Assembly: GCA_046153505.1 (NCBI GenBank)
Contig: JBJXDT010000095.1
Location: 1-61,512, forward strand
Direction of reading: 5' to 3'
Length of the DNA stretch: 61,512 bases
Source: Methylophilaceae bacterium
GTDB lineage: Bacteria; Pseudomonadota; Gammaproteobacteria; Burkholderiales; Methylophilaceae
Shown here: piece after piece, positions 1-9,078 of the stretch
Numbering within the stretch: the stretch's first letter is position 1
Layout: every line of letters starts with the position of its first letter
Position numbers and translations under genes: made by a program
Notes under the pieces: model-generated
What the model was told of the DNA's origin: nothing
What the model saw: the letters and a program-made list of their open reading frames with translations, nothing else
Databases searched by the model: none

Positions 1-1128
1 CAAAGCAGATTCCGCTTGCGTGCAAGCATGCTCAGCGCCAGTTTTGACACTCTCTTTAAAAGCTTGCCAGCTTGACTTTTCGGAATTCAATTTTTTCTCA
101 GTTTTAGTTTCAGTCGACATAGTCTCAGCAGTCACTTGGTGTTTTTCTTTAGCAACGACTGTAGACATTTCTGTACTATATTTTTCAGGTTTTGTTGGGC
201 TGCTTGCGGCCATTTCAGGCTCTACAGCAGGTTTCTGCGTAATTTTTTTCTGCGCAACTTTTTTCTGCGTAGCTTTAACAGGCTCTTCTTCAGCCTTGCT
301 GGGTTCTTCTTGGACTGTCACAACCGCCGTATTATCTTTCTTTAAAGGCGCCGCAACTTGCACAGACTGCTTTTCGGACTTAGCTTCCGGTTTTTTAACT
401 TCCTCAGCTAACGTTGGTGGATCCATTACTATATTTGGCTCAATTGGCATGAGTATCCGCTTGCCCAACACAAATATTGCAACAAATGCCAATAAACCAA
501 TAGCTGCCTTCTTCCAGCCTATTTTGCTCGCTGTCAGTTGCCAATTATGCTTAGCAATCTCTTCTGCAACATCCGCACCTGAATCAATATTAGCTTGATC
601 TGCAAGTCGACGAACAGCATAAACCTCTTCATCATGAGCATGCATATCATAAGGCTCAAACATCTTAGCCATCTCTTGAGTGAGATTCGAGGCAATTTCA
701 TGGTACGCACGAGAAACCAAAATCTGGTTTGGATTGGCAAAGCTCATAATGCGATACGCCTCATCAACCCCATCACCAGAAATTATTTGCCGTTGTTTTT
801 TGTTTATCACGTTAAGCGCGCCTAAATTAAGACCAAATTGCACGTAAATAGGCTTTAAACTTTGTGTGTTGTTTTTTAGAATTTCGTCGCGAACAGTAAG
901 TGATACTAACAAGGCATCATCCAAGGCATCTTCAAGTTGTCCGGTAAATGCAATTAAAGCGCCTTGCTCGGTTTGTGTTATCACTCGGTCTAATTCTGGA
1001 ACATCAATTAATGCACGATTGATTAAATCATCCAATTGTTTTTTAATTTCACTTTGCTCAGCAATCGCTTTTTTTGAAAAATCGATAATTTCTAAGGCTA
1101 CGATGCTGCAAGTTAAATTTTTATCCAT
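1..1128 (-). CDS. Partial CDS with its C-terminus cut by the window edge. Membrane protein with an N-terminal class III nucleotidyl-cyclase-homology domain, one TM helix and a K/E/A/T-rich low-complexity tail.
   Basis: It is absent from the ORF track because it has no stop inside the window. The ATG at 1128..1126 opens a minus-strand frame that I read without stops down to position 1 (376 codons). The translation runs MDKNLTCSIVALEIIDFSKK...QFGLNLGALNV...SGDGVDEAYRIMSFANPNQILVSRAYHEI...WKKAAIGLLAFVAIFVLG...KKVAQKKITQK. The + strand ORFs 20..598 and 866..1147 are its antisense shadows. Confidence 0.7.
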   Translation of the reverse strand, partial: MDKNLTCSIVALEIIDFSKKAIAEQSEIKKQLDDLINRALIDVPELDRVITQTEQGALIAFTGQLEDALDDALLVSLTVRDEILKNNTQSLKPIYVQFGLNLGALNVINKKQRQIISGDGVDEAYRIMSFANPNQILVSRAYHEIASNLTQEMAKMFEPYDMHAHDEEVYAVRRLADQANIDSGADVAEEIAKHNWQLTASKIGWKKAAIGLLAFVAIFVLGKRILMPIEPNIVMDPPTLAEEVKKPEAKSEKQSVQVAAPLKKDNTAVVTVQEEPSKAEEEPVKATQKKVAQKKITQKPAVEPEMAASSPTKPEKYSTEMSTVVAKEKHQVTAETMSTETKTEKKLNSEKSSWQAFKESVKTGAEHACTQAESAL

Positions 1129-1210
1129 TTTTTCGTTAATATCTTGACGTTAGTCGCTTATCTTAATCATAAACTTTCAACAATTCAAACAAATATTGCA
1201 AATGTTACCT

Positions 1211-1236
1211 AATAAAAAACCAGCCGAAGCTGGTTT
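1211..1236 (-). terminator. Intrinsic terminator downstream of typA
   Basis: The minus-strand RNA reads AAACCAGC-UUCG-GCUGGUUU followed by UUUAUU. This is an 8-bp stem with a UUCG tetraloop and a U-tract, 6 nt after the typA stop. Confidence 0.75.
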
Positions 1237-1241
1237 ATTGT

Positions 1242-3050
1242 TTACTCTTTCAAAGCACGTTTACGTTCGTGCTCTAACAAATGGCGCTTACGAATACGAA
1301 TATTCTTTGGGGTAATTTCAACCAACTCGTCATCATCAATAAATTCTACTGCACTTTCAAGTGTTAATTGAATAGGTGTGATCAAGCGAACAGCTTCATC
1401 AGTGCCGGAGGAGCGAACATTTGTCAGTTGTTTACCTTTGATCGGATTCACAATTAAATCGTTATCCCTACTATGAATACCAATGACCATACCTTCATAT
1501 AACTTATCGCCTGGTACAGAGAACATTTTTCCACGATCTTGCAGTTTCCAAAGCGCGTAGGCCACAGCCTCACCATGTTCAGCAGAAATCAACACGCCAT
1601 TACGACGACCAGGCATGTCTGGTTTAATTGGTGCATATTCATCAAAAATATGTGCCATGAGCCCTGTTCCGCGGGTCATTGTTAGAAATTCTGATTGAAA
1701 ACCAATTAAGCCTCGAGCTGGAATTTTGTATTCCAAACGTGTACGTCCATTTCCATCAGACTCCATATTTTGCAATTCACCTCGGCGGCGACCTAATTCT
1801 TCCATCACAACGCCTTGGTTGTCATCTTCCAAATCAACTGTTAGCACTTCATATGGCTCACATTTTTCACCATTCACTTCTCGGTAAACCACCCGTGGTT
1901 TACCGACTGCCAACTCAAAACCCTCTCGGCGCATTGTTTCAAGCAATATTGTTAAATGCAACTCTCCTCGACCCGAAACTCTGAACACATCAGTATCTTC
2001 TGTGTCTTCTACACGAAGTGCAACATTTACAAGTAACTCTTTAGTTAGTCGGTCACGAATCTGACGTGTAGTCACGAACTTACCTTCAGTACCTGCAAGC
2101 GGTGATGAGTTGACCATAAAATCCATGGTTAAGGTTGGTTCATCTACGCCCATTACTTCTAATCCGACTGGATTTTCGCGATCCGCAATAGTAAAACCAA
2201 TACCAATTTCATCAATACCTGAAACAATTACAATGTCGCCTGCTTCAGCTTCATCTACTGGCACTCGCTCCAAACCAACAAAACCCAAAACTTGGTTAAT
2301 TTTACCTTGACCAACTTGCTTATCACCATTCATAACAGCAACTGATTGGCCTGGTTTAATACGGCCATTACGAACACGGCCAACTGCTAAGCGCCCTGTA
2401 TAAGTAGAATAATCTAGTGCAGAAATTTGCAATTGGAGTGAAGCGTTGCTATCACCTGCAGGTGGAGCGACGTGGCTAAGAATTGTTTCAAACAAAGGAC
2501 GCATATTGTCAGATTTGTCTTTCATATCCAACATAGCAAAACCATTTAGCGCTGATGCATATACTACTGGAAAGTCTAATTGCTCATCTGTTGCACCTAA
2601 ATTGGCAAATAAATCAAAGGTATGATTAATTACCCAATCTGTACGCGCACCAGGGCGATCAACCTTATTGATAACTACAATTGGTTTCAATCCAAGAGCA
2701 AGCGCCTTTTTGGTTACAAAACGTGTTTGTGGCATTGGGCCTTCAACCGCATCTACCAATAAGACAACCCCATCGACCATGCCTAAAACGCGTTCTACTT
2801 CACCACCAAAGTCAGCATGGCCTGGTGTATCTACAATATTAATTTTTGTACCTTCATAAATCACTGAAGTATTTTTGGCAAGAATAGTAATACCGCGTTC
2901 TTTTTCTAAATCATTAGAATCCATGACGCGTTCTGTTATTGCTTGATAGGCAGCAAATGTGCCAGATTGTTGTAAAAGCTTATCCACCATCGTTGTTTTA
3001 CCATGATCAACGTGGGCGATAATTGCGATATTTCTTAAATTACGAGCCAT
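1242..3050 (-). CDS. typA: Translational GTPase TypA/BipA
   Basis: The protein is BipA-like end to end, with G1 [13 protein letters not shown]3 [15 protein letters not shown]4 NKVD and C-terminal IRIRKRHL. The ORF is open up to a GTG at 3089. The ATG at 3050 gives [20 protein letters not shown], which is the usual BipA N-terminus; 3062 is a second possible ATG. Confidence 0.95.
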   Translation of the reverse strand: MARNLRNIAIIAHVDHGKTTMVDKLLQQSGTFAAYQAITERVMDSNDLEKERGITILAKNTSVIYEGTKINIVDTPGHADFGGEVERVLGMVDGVVLLVDAVEGPMPQTRFVTKKALALGLKPIVVINKVDRPGARTDWVINHTFDLFANLGATDEQLDFPVVYASALNGFAMLDMKDKSDNMRPLFETILSHVAPPAGDSNASLQLQISALDYSTYTGRLAVGRVRNGRIKPGQSVAVMNGDKQVGQGKINQVLGFVGLERVPVDEAEAGDIVIVSGIDEIGIGFTIADRENPVGLEVMGVDEPTLTMDFMVNSSPLAGTEGKFVTTRQIRDRLTKELLVNVALRVEDTEDTDVFRVSGRGELHLTILLETMRREGFELAVGKPRVVYREVNGEKCEPYEVLTVDLEDDNQGVVMEELGRRRGELQNMESDGNGRTRLEYKIPARGLIGFQSEFLTMTRGTGLMAHIFDEYAPIKPDMPGRRNGVLISAEHGEAVAYALWKLQDRGKMFSVPGDKLYEGMVIGIHSRDNDLIVNPIKGKQLTNVRSSGTDEAVRLITPIQLTLESAVEFIDDDELVEITPKNIRIRKRHLLEHERKRALKE

Positions 3051-3107
3051 GAGTGCTGCCATTTGTTTGGAAGGGCGCGATTTTACCACAATATCTTGGT
3101 AATTAAT

Positions 3108-3135
3108 TTGACAATCTCAATTAAATGGTTATACT
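3108..3135 (+). promoter_or_regulatory. Near-consensus sigma70 promoter facing the DEAD-box helicase pair
   Basis: TTGACA (3108..3113), a 16-nt spacer, then TATACT (3130..3135). The predicted start near 3142 leaves a leader of roughly 235 nt before the TTG start at 3379. Confidence 0.5.
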
Positions 3136-3378
3136 GCGCGCAAGTTAAAACTTTTGCTTTATTCATTTAGTGAGTTTGAAGTTTTAGATTCATTGCCCTG
3201 ACCTATCGTAACTCGTGAAATTTTGAAGTTACATCTACTTTATCGGTTAGTGGCTATGCCCGTGCGCTGGTAAAGAAGTTTTAAAAATCAACACTTCTGC
3301 GTTTATATACTGCTCAATAGAGCATTAATTGCGTTATTGCTTGCGCCCTTTTTTGTTTTTATTAGAAAGGGACATACT

Positions 3379-5157
3379 TTGTCTTTTGAATCATTAAATT
3401 TACACCCATCCATTCTTCGTGCAATTGAAGAAGCTGGTTACACAACACCCACCCCTATTCAAGCACAAGCCATTCCAGAAATCATGGCAGGACATGACAT
3501 TATGGCCTCTGCCCAAACTGGCACAGGCAAAACTGCTGGCTTTACTTTACCTGCACTTAACTTATTAGCGACGCCGCACGCTTCAAACAGCCGTGGCCCA
3601 CGTATTTTAGTGTTAGTACCAACACGTGAACTAGCGGCGCAAGTGAACGAATCTGCTCGCAAGTACGGTAAGTATATCCGTGCACGCACAGTGAGCATTG
3701 TGGGTGGCATGCCTTACCCATTGCAAAACAAGTTGCTTTCGCAGCCTTTAGATATTTTAGTAGCCACACCAGGCCGTTTTATTGACCACATGGAACGTGG
3801 TCGTATTGATTTAACGCGTTTGCAAATGCTTATTTTAGATGAAGCAGATCGCATGTTAGACATGGGCTTTATGCCTGATGTTGAGCGAATTTGCCAAGCA
3901 TTACCAAAAGAGCGTCAAACATTATTATTCTCAGCCACTTTAGATGGCAACATTGGTCGAATTGCTCGCGACATACTTAAAAATCCAAAAACAATTCAAG
4001 TTGCGCAACAAAAAGAAAAACATGCCAATATTGAACAACGTCTGCATTATGTAGACGACATGACGCACAAAAACAAGCTGTTGGAACATTTGTTGATTGC
4101 GCCTGACATGAACCAAGCGATCATTTTCACTTCTACCAAACGCCATGCTGATTTGCTTGCAGAAGACTTATACGCCGCAGGCCACAAAACAGCAGCTTTG
4201 CACGGTGACATGACCCAGGGCGCACGCAACCGTACACTTACGAAATTACGCCATGGTGATGTAAAAGTACTCGTGGCAACCGATGTTGCCGCGCGCGGCA
4301 TTGATGTGCAAGGCATTAGCCATGTGATTAACTACGATTTACCAAAGTTCGCTGAAGATTATGTACACCGTATTGGCCGTACAGGACGCGCTGGGGCAAA
4401 CGGAATTGCTATTTCCTTCGCTTCAAATATGGATCGCCATATTTTGCGCAAAATCGAACAATTTACTGGCAACCGGATGGAGCCAGCAGTGATTGAAGGT
4501 TTTGAACCAAAACGTGCTTTTAACAAAGATGCCCCAGAAGGCAAGCGTGGCACAAGCCGTGGTGCTGGTCGTAATGCACGTAACGAACGTTCGCACCAAC
4601 CAGGTGGTACTGGTGGCTATCAGCCACGCGGCAATGCTAGCAGTGACCGTGGTCGCAGTTTTGGTGACCGCGCTGCAAGCGATCGCGCGCCATCCTCACA
4701 CCAGCCTAGTGACCGTAACTTTGGCAGCCGCACCGAACGTAGCTTTGGTGACAAACCAAGATTTAACGATGGCGCGAGAGGTTTTTCAAACCGTGATTCT
4801 CGCCCAAATGAGCGCAGCACAAATACTGCAACTAACATTCCACGTGATAGCGCAGGTGAGATTAATGGTAACAGCCGTAGCTATACGAAAGATACCGACA
4901 TGCAGTTTGCACGTGAATTAGCGCGTGGATTTGGCAGTGCACGACCAGCTCGAAGTGGTGAAGCTCGCAACAGTGATGTGCGAAACAAATCACCTCGCAA
5001 TAGCGATGCAAAAATATCAGATGAAAAATTTGGTAAGCCACGTGCATCACGCGCAAGCCAAAATGACCGAACATACCCAGGCAGCACTCCTTCGGGCGAC
5101 CGAGCACCACGCCGTTCAAACGTAGATGCGGCTAAACGTCCACGTAACTTCGCCTAA
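3379..5157 (+). CDS. rhlE: DEAD-box ATP-dependent RNA helicase (RhlE-like) with a ~200-aa R/S/N/G/D-rich disordered C-terminal tail
   Basis: Motifs present: Q-motif TPTPIQ, AQTGTGKT, DEAD, SAT and HRIGRTGRAG. The track ORF starts at a TTG at 3337. The in-frame TTG at 3379 sits 7 nt after AAAGGGA (3366..3372) and gives MSFESLNLHPSILRAI, matching the RhlE N-terminus. Confidence 0.93.
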   Translation: MSFESLNLHPSILRAIEEAGYTTPTPIQAQAIPEIMAGHDIMASAQTGTGKTAGFTLPALNLLATPHASNSRGPRILVLVPTRELAAQVNESARKYGKYIRARTVSIVGGMPYPLQNKLLSQPLDILVATPGRFIDHMERGRIDLTRLQMLILDEADRMLDMGFMPDVERICQALPKERQTLLFSATLDGNIGRIARDILKNPKTIQVAQQKEKHANIEQRLHYVDDMTHKNKLLEHLLIAPDMNQAIIFTSTKRHADLLAEDLYAAGHKTAALHGDMTQGARNRTLTKLRHGDVKVLVATDVAARGIDVQGISHVINYDLPKFAEDYVHRIGRTGRAGANGIAISFASNMDRHILRKIEQFTGNRMEPAVIEGFEPKRAFNKDAPEGKRGTSRGAGRNARNERSHQPGGTGGYQPRGNASSDRGRSFGDRAASDRAPSSHQPSDRNFGSRTERSFGDKPRFNDGARGFSNRDSRPNERSTNTATNIPRDSAGEINGNSRSYTKDTDMQFARELARGFGSARPARSGEARNSDVRNKSPRNSDAKISDEKFGKPRASRASQNDRTYPGSTPSGDRAPRRSNVDAAKRPRNFA

Positions 5158-5166
5158 TTTAAAGCT

Positions 5167-6552
5167 ATGACAACAGAAGTAAGTACTTCAGTAGTAACTA
5201 GTTTTGACGAACTTGGGCTTGCAGCACCTTTGTTGCAGGCCATTAAAGCGACTGGCTACACAACCCCTACGCCCATACAAACCAAAGCTATTCCATTAGC
5301 TTTGGAGGGCAAGGATTTAATGGCTGGGGCACAAACAGGCACGGGTAAAACTGCGGCGTTTGCGCTACCTCTGTTGCATAAGCTTTTACCTTTAGCTAGC
5401 ACAAGCACATCACCAGCTAAACACCCAATTCGCGCCTTAGTGCTAACGCCTACGCGCGAACTAGCTATTCAAGTTGAAGAAAGCGTCAAAGTGTATGCTA
5501 AACATACCGCTTTGCGCAGTTTGGTTGTATTTGGCGGAGTCGACATTAAGTCGCAAACACCACATTTAAAAACGGGTGTGGAAATCTTGGTCGCTACGCC
5601 GGGCCGATTATTAGATCATATTGAGCAAAAAACCTTAAGCTTAAGCCAAGTGCAAATTTTAGTACTAGATGAAGCCGACAGAATGTTGGATATGGGTTTC
5701 ATGCCCGATTTAAAGCGTATATTGGCGCTTTTGCCAAAACAACGTCAAAATCTGATGTTTTCTGCCACTTTTTCTAATGAAATCAAAAAGTTAGCTGATG
5801 ATTTTTTAACAAATCCTACCTTGGTTGAAGTCGCTCGTAGCAATGCCACCAATGAAAACGTGATGCAAAAAGCCTACGCGGTGGAACAAAGCAAAAAACC
5901 AGTATTTTTGTCTCAGCTATTAAAAAGTGAGGCTGCGAATCAAGTTATTATTTTTACCAAAACCAAAATTACAGCCAGCAAGCTAAGTCGCGCTTTACAA
6001 AAAGAAGGAATATCAGCAGATGCTATTCATGGCGATAAAAATCAAAAAGAGCGTATCGAAGCTTTAGACGCGTTTAAATCTGGAAAGATTACAGTGCTTG
6101 TGGCCACCGATGTTGCTGCTCGCGGCTTGGATATTAGCGATTTGCCAATGGTGATTAACTACGAAATCCCTAGCGCCCCTGAAGATTATGTACACCGGAT
6201 TGGTCGTACTGGACGCGCTGGTGCTAGTGGTATCGCGATTTCTTTGGTTTCTGAGGATGAGGAAAAATACTTCACAGAAATTGAAAAGCTAATTAAAAAA
6301 AGTATACCTCGGGAAAGCTTGCAGATATTGGCTTCCAGAGCAGATAGCGCACGAATCACGAAGCAAGCAAGTGGTCATTCGACTGCGAACACCCATACTA
6401 GAACAACCCAAAGCCATTCTCAAAAAAACAAAGACCCATGGTTTGACAAACCTTACGAGCCTTTACAAGCAGCAGCTCAAACAAGAACAATTGTAACGAC
6501 ATCCCGCAAAGCGCCTTTGGCGGCCTTGTTGGGTGGCTTAAAACGAAATTAA
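5167..6552 (+). CDS. Second DEAD-box ATP-dependent RNA helicase (RhlE family), 9 nt downstream of the first
   Basis: Motifs present: TPTPIQ, AQTGTGKT, PTRELA, DEAD, SAT and HRIGRTGRAG. It has a shorter (~80 aa) polar tail. Confidence 0.93.
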   Translation: MTTEVSTSVVTSFDELGLAAPLLQAIKATGYTTPTPIQTKAIPLALEGKDLMAGAQTGTGKTAAFALPLLHKLLPLASTSTSPAKHPIRALVLTPTRELAIQVEESVKVYAKHTALRSLVVFGGVDIKSQTPHLKTGVEILVATPGRLLDHIEQKTLSLSQVQILVLDEADRMLDMGFMPDLKRILALLPKQRQNLMFSATFSNEIKKLADDFLTNPTLVEVARSNATNENVMQKAYAVEQSKKPVFLSQLLKSEAANQVIIFTKTKITASKLSRALQKEGISADAIHGDKNQKERIEALDAFKSGKITVLVATDVAARGLDISDLPMVINYEIPSAPEDYVHRIGRTGRAGASGIAISLVSEDEEKYFTEIEKLIKKSIPRESLQILASRADSARITKQASGHSTANTHTRTTQSHSQKNKDPWFDKPYEPLQAAAQTRTIVTTSRKAPLAALLGGLKRN

Positions 6553-8693
6553 GCTTTCTTTTTTAGCCAAGTTTGCATCTCGGTTGCTGAAATTGGTAGT
6601 GAATACAAATAACCTTGCATAATTTTACAGCCGTTTTCTGCAAGAATATCAGATTGCAATTGGCTTTCTACACCTTCACCTACTAAATTCAAGCCTAACG
6701 CGTCACCTAGCGCAATAATGGCTTTTACAATCAAGCGATCATCTTCGCTGCTGACAATGTTTTCTACAAAAACACGGTCAATTTTAACCTCGTCAACCGA
6801 CCAGCGTTTAAGGTAAAGCAAGGATGAATGCCCCACGCCAAAATCGTCTAAGGATACTTTATAACCGTTGTCCTTGATATGGCGCATATTTTTCTTCACA
6901 GCATCTGCATATTCCAGTAAAGCGTGCTCAGTGATTTCTATGCAAATCAACTCAGGCGGGACTTCATATTTTGCAGTAATAGCAGTAAGGGATTTACTTA
7001 AATTCACCGAGCGCAAATGTCGCGCCGAGATATTTACTGAAACGCGCGGCACTTGATAACCTTTATCTAACCAATCACGTATTTGCTTGCAGCTTTCCTC
7101 TAGGACAAACTCCCCGATATCATTAATCAGTGAAGATTGTTCGGCAATTTTAATAAATTCCATAGGTGGAATTAAACCGCGCTCAGGGTGACGCCACCTT
7201 AATAAAGTTTCCATGCCAAATAATTTCTGAGATTTGTGATCCACTTGCGGTTGAAACACAACAAACATCTGATTTTCTTTAAGTGCCTTGCGGATATCAT
7301 GCTCCATATCCAACCACTGATGCGCAATATAGTTAAGTCCTATTGTATAAAACTCAAAGTCATTGCGCCCATTTTGCTTGGCGCGGTACATGGCCAAATC
7401 TGAATACAAAAGTAAAGTTTGTGGGTCGGTCGTATCATCCGGATAAACACTCACCCCAATCGACACAGTGCTATATATACGTTGCTCTTTAAGTTCAAAA
7501 GGCACAGCAAAGGCCGCAATAATATCGCGCACCAAGCGGTGCCCATCTTGCGGAGATGCGTTCTCCATGACCATCACAAATTCATCGCCGCCCAGTCGGC
7601 ACAAAATATCTGTTGAACGCGCACGTTCGGCAATGCGCTTTGTAGCTAACACTAGCAGCTGATCACCAGCATCGTGACCTAAGGTATCATTAATCTGTTT
7701 AAAATGATCTAAATCAAAAAATAGCAGCAAAACCTGACTGTTTACGCGCTCTGCCTTGGCAATGGCATGTTCTAAGCGTTGCCTGAACATGCTGCGATTA
7801 GGTAACCCTGTCAATTCATCGTGTGTTGCCAAATACTCGACCCGACGGTTTAAAGAAATTGTGTCTGTCACATCGCGGCCAACACCACGATAGCCAATAA
7901 AGGCATTTTTATTATTAAAAACTGGTTTACCAGATATGCGTGTAAAGGTCGGCTTGCCTTTTCCATTTGTGGTATGTACCACCAAATCTGTAATTTTTTG
8001 ATGTGTTTGTAGCGCTTTAAGCACTTCGTTCGAGGTTTGATTTTGGCAAATGTTTGCCAAGTCCTCTAAGTTGCTTAGATTAAACCATTCGTTACCACCT
8101 GTTAGTGCTTCAATTATTAGCTGGTCATTGGTCTCCCAGAACCAGTCTGCAGAGGCTTCAGCGAAATCTCGAAGGCGCACCTCGTTTTCTATCAGTTTTT
8201 TTCGTTCTTCATTCAACTCTACTATTTTCTCATCAAGCTTCGCTCTTACTCGGTCTGCATGTTGCTTATCAAGTTTTGATGGGCTTGATCGATACAATCC
8301 ACGACCTTTAACAGGCTTAGTGTATAAATTAGCTTGAAGTGTTTCAGCAACAATAGTTAACAACTCTTCCATTAACATAGGCTTAATCAAAAACTTGTTT
8401 GCACCTAATGCTAATGCGAAACGTTCATCCTGTGATGATGTATAGGTGGCGGTATAAAAGATAAAGGGGATTTTTTGTAAGTTGATATTTTGCTTAACAG
8501 CTTTACATAACCCATAGCCATCCATTTCAGGCATCAGAATATCCGAAATTATCAGATCGACCCGTGCCGACTCCAAATACTCCAATGCCTTAAGCCCGTT
8601 TTCAAAACTTACGACTCGGTAGCCTTGTGCGTCAAACACCGTTTCGAGTAGTTTTCTAGAGTTTTCATCATCTTCAGCAACCAAAATCTTCAT
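6549..8693 (-). CDS. Response-regulator receiver - PAS - GGDEF - EAL protein (c-di-GMP turnover)
   Basis: The REC domain shows DLIISDILMPEMDG. The GGDEF domain shows RSTDILCRLGGDEF, which includes an RxxD I-site. The EAL domain shows METLLRW (an ETL variant), VNIS, EITE, LDDFG, KID, EGVES and QGY. Confidence 0.92.
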   Translation of the reverse strand: MKILVAEDDENSRKLLETVFDAQGYRVVSFENGLKALEYLESARVDLIISDILMPEMDGYGLCKAVKQNINLQKIPFIFYTATYTSSQDERFALALGANKFLIKPMLMEELLTIVAETLQANLYTKPVKGRGLYRSSPSKLDKQHADRVRAKLDEKIVELNEERKKLIENEVRLRDFAEASADWFWETNDQLIIEALTGGNEWFNLSNLEDLANICQNQTSNEVLKALQTHQKITDLVVHTTNGKGKPTFTRISGKPVFNNKNAFIGYRGVGRDVTDTISLNRRVEYLATHDELTGLPNRSMFRQRLEHAIAKAERVNSQVLLLFFDLDHFKQINDTLGHDAGDQLLVLATKRIAERARSTDILCRLGGDEFVMVMENASPQDGHRLVRDIIAAFAVPFELKEQRIYSTVSIGVSVYPDDTTDPQTLLLYSDLAMYRAKQNGRNDFEFYTIGLNYIAHQWLDMEHDIRKALKENQMFVVFQPQVDHKSQKLFGMETLLRWRHPERGLIPPMEFIKIAEQSSLINDIGEFVLEESCKQIRDWLDKGYQVPRVSVNISARHLRSVNLSKSLTAITAKYEVPPELICIEITEHALLEYADAVKKNMRHIKDNGYKVSLDDFGVGHSSLLYLKRWSVDEVKIDRVFVENIVSSEDDRLIVKAIIALGDALGLNLVGEGVESQLQSDILAENGCKIMQGYLYSLPISATEMQTWLKKKA

Positions 8694-9067
8694 TATCGGC
8701 TCCCTGTGCCAATGACCTGCTCTATTTGCCTTATAACTAGCATTGGATCTATGGGTTTTTCAATATATCCAGTACAACCAGCATCCATAAGTCTTTCCTT
8801 ATCTCCAGACATTGCATAAGAGGTCATAGCTATCACAGGAATATTTTTACCTACAGGATGCGCACGAATTCGTTTTAATACTTCCAGTCCATTTATATCT
8901 GGCAATTGTATATCTAAAATAACAAAGTCGGGGGGAATGGTTAGTGCCTGCTGCACGCCAGCCATGCCAGTCATAACAAAGCGCGTTTTATAATTCGCTT
9001 GTTCCAGAATAAACTTGATTAACTCTAAATTATTTTCGTTATCTTCAATTATTAAAGCAGTCTTCAT
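8693..9067 (-). CDS. Single-domain CheY-like response regulator
   Basis: 124 aa with DNENN, DFVILDIQLPDINGLEV, AMTSYA and EKP. Its TAA shares one nucleotide (TAATG) with the ATG of the downstream GGDEF-EAL gene. Confidence 0.9.
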   Translation of the reverse strand: MKTALIIEDNENNLELIKFILEQANYKTRFVMTGMAGVQQALTIPPDFVILDIQLPDINGLEVLKRIRAHPVGKNIPVIAMTSYAMSGDKERLMDAGCTGYIEKPIDPMLVIRQIEQVIGTGSR

Positions 9068-9078
9068 GTTTGCTTTCT

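Noticed and set aside
20-1147. Long + strand ORFs 20..598 (192 aa) and 866..1147 (93 aa).
   Set aside because: Their sequences are low-complexity with Cys/Phe/Ser-rich nonsense and no motifs. They lie exactly antisense to a minus-strand frame that is open from 1128 to the window edge and has a recognisable cyclase-homology domain. I treat them as shadow ORFs.
4493-4921. A 142-aa + strand ORF in an alternative frame inside the helicase tail, together with the minus-strand ORFs at 4620..5119.
   Set aside because: They arise from the repetitive GC-richer tail-coding region. The V/A/T-rich translation has no start context or motifs. The helicase frame is continuous and its homology is supported upstream.
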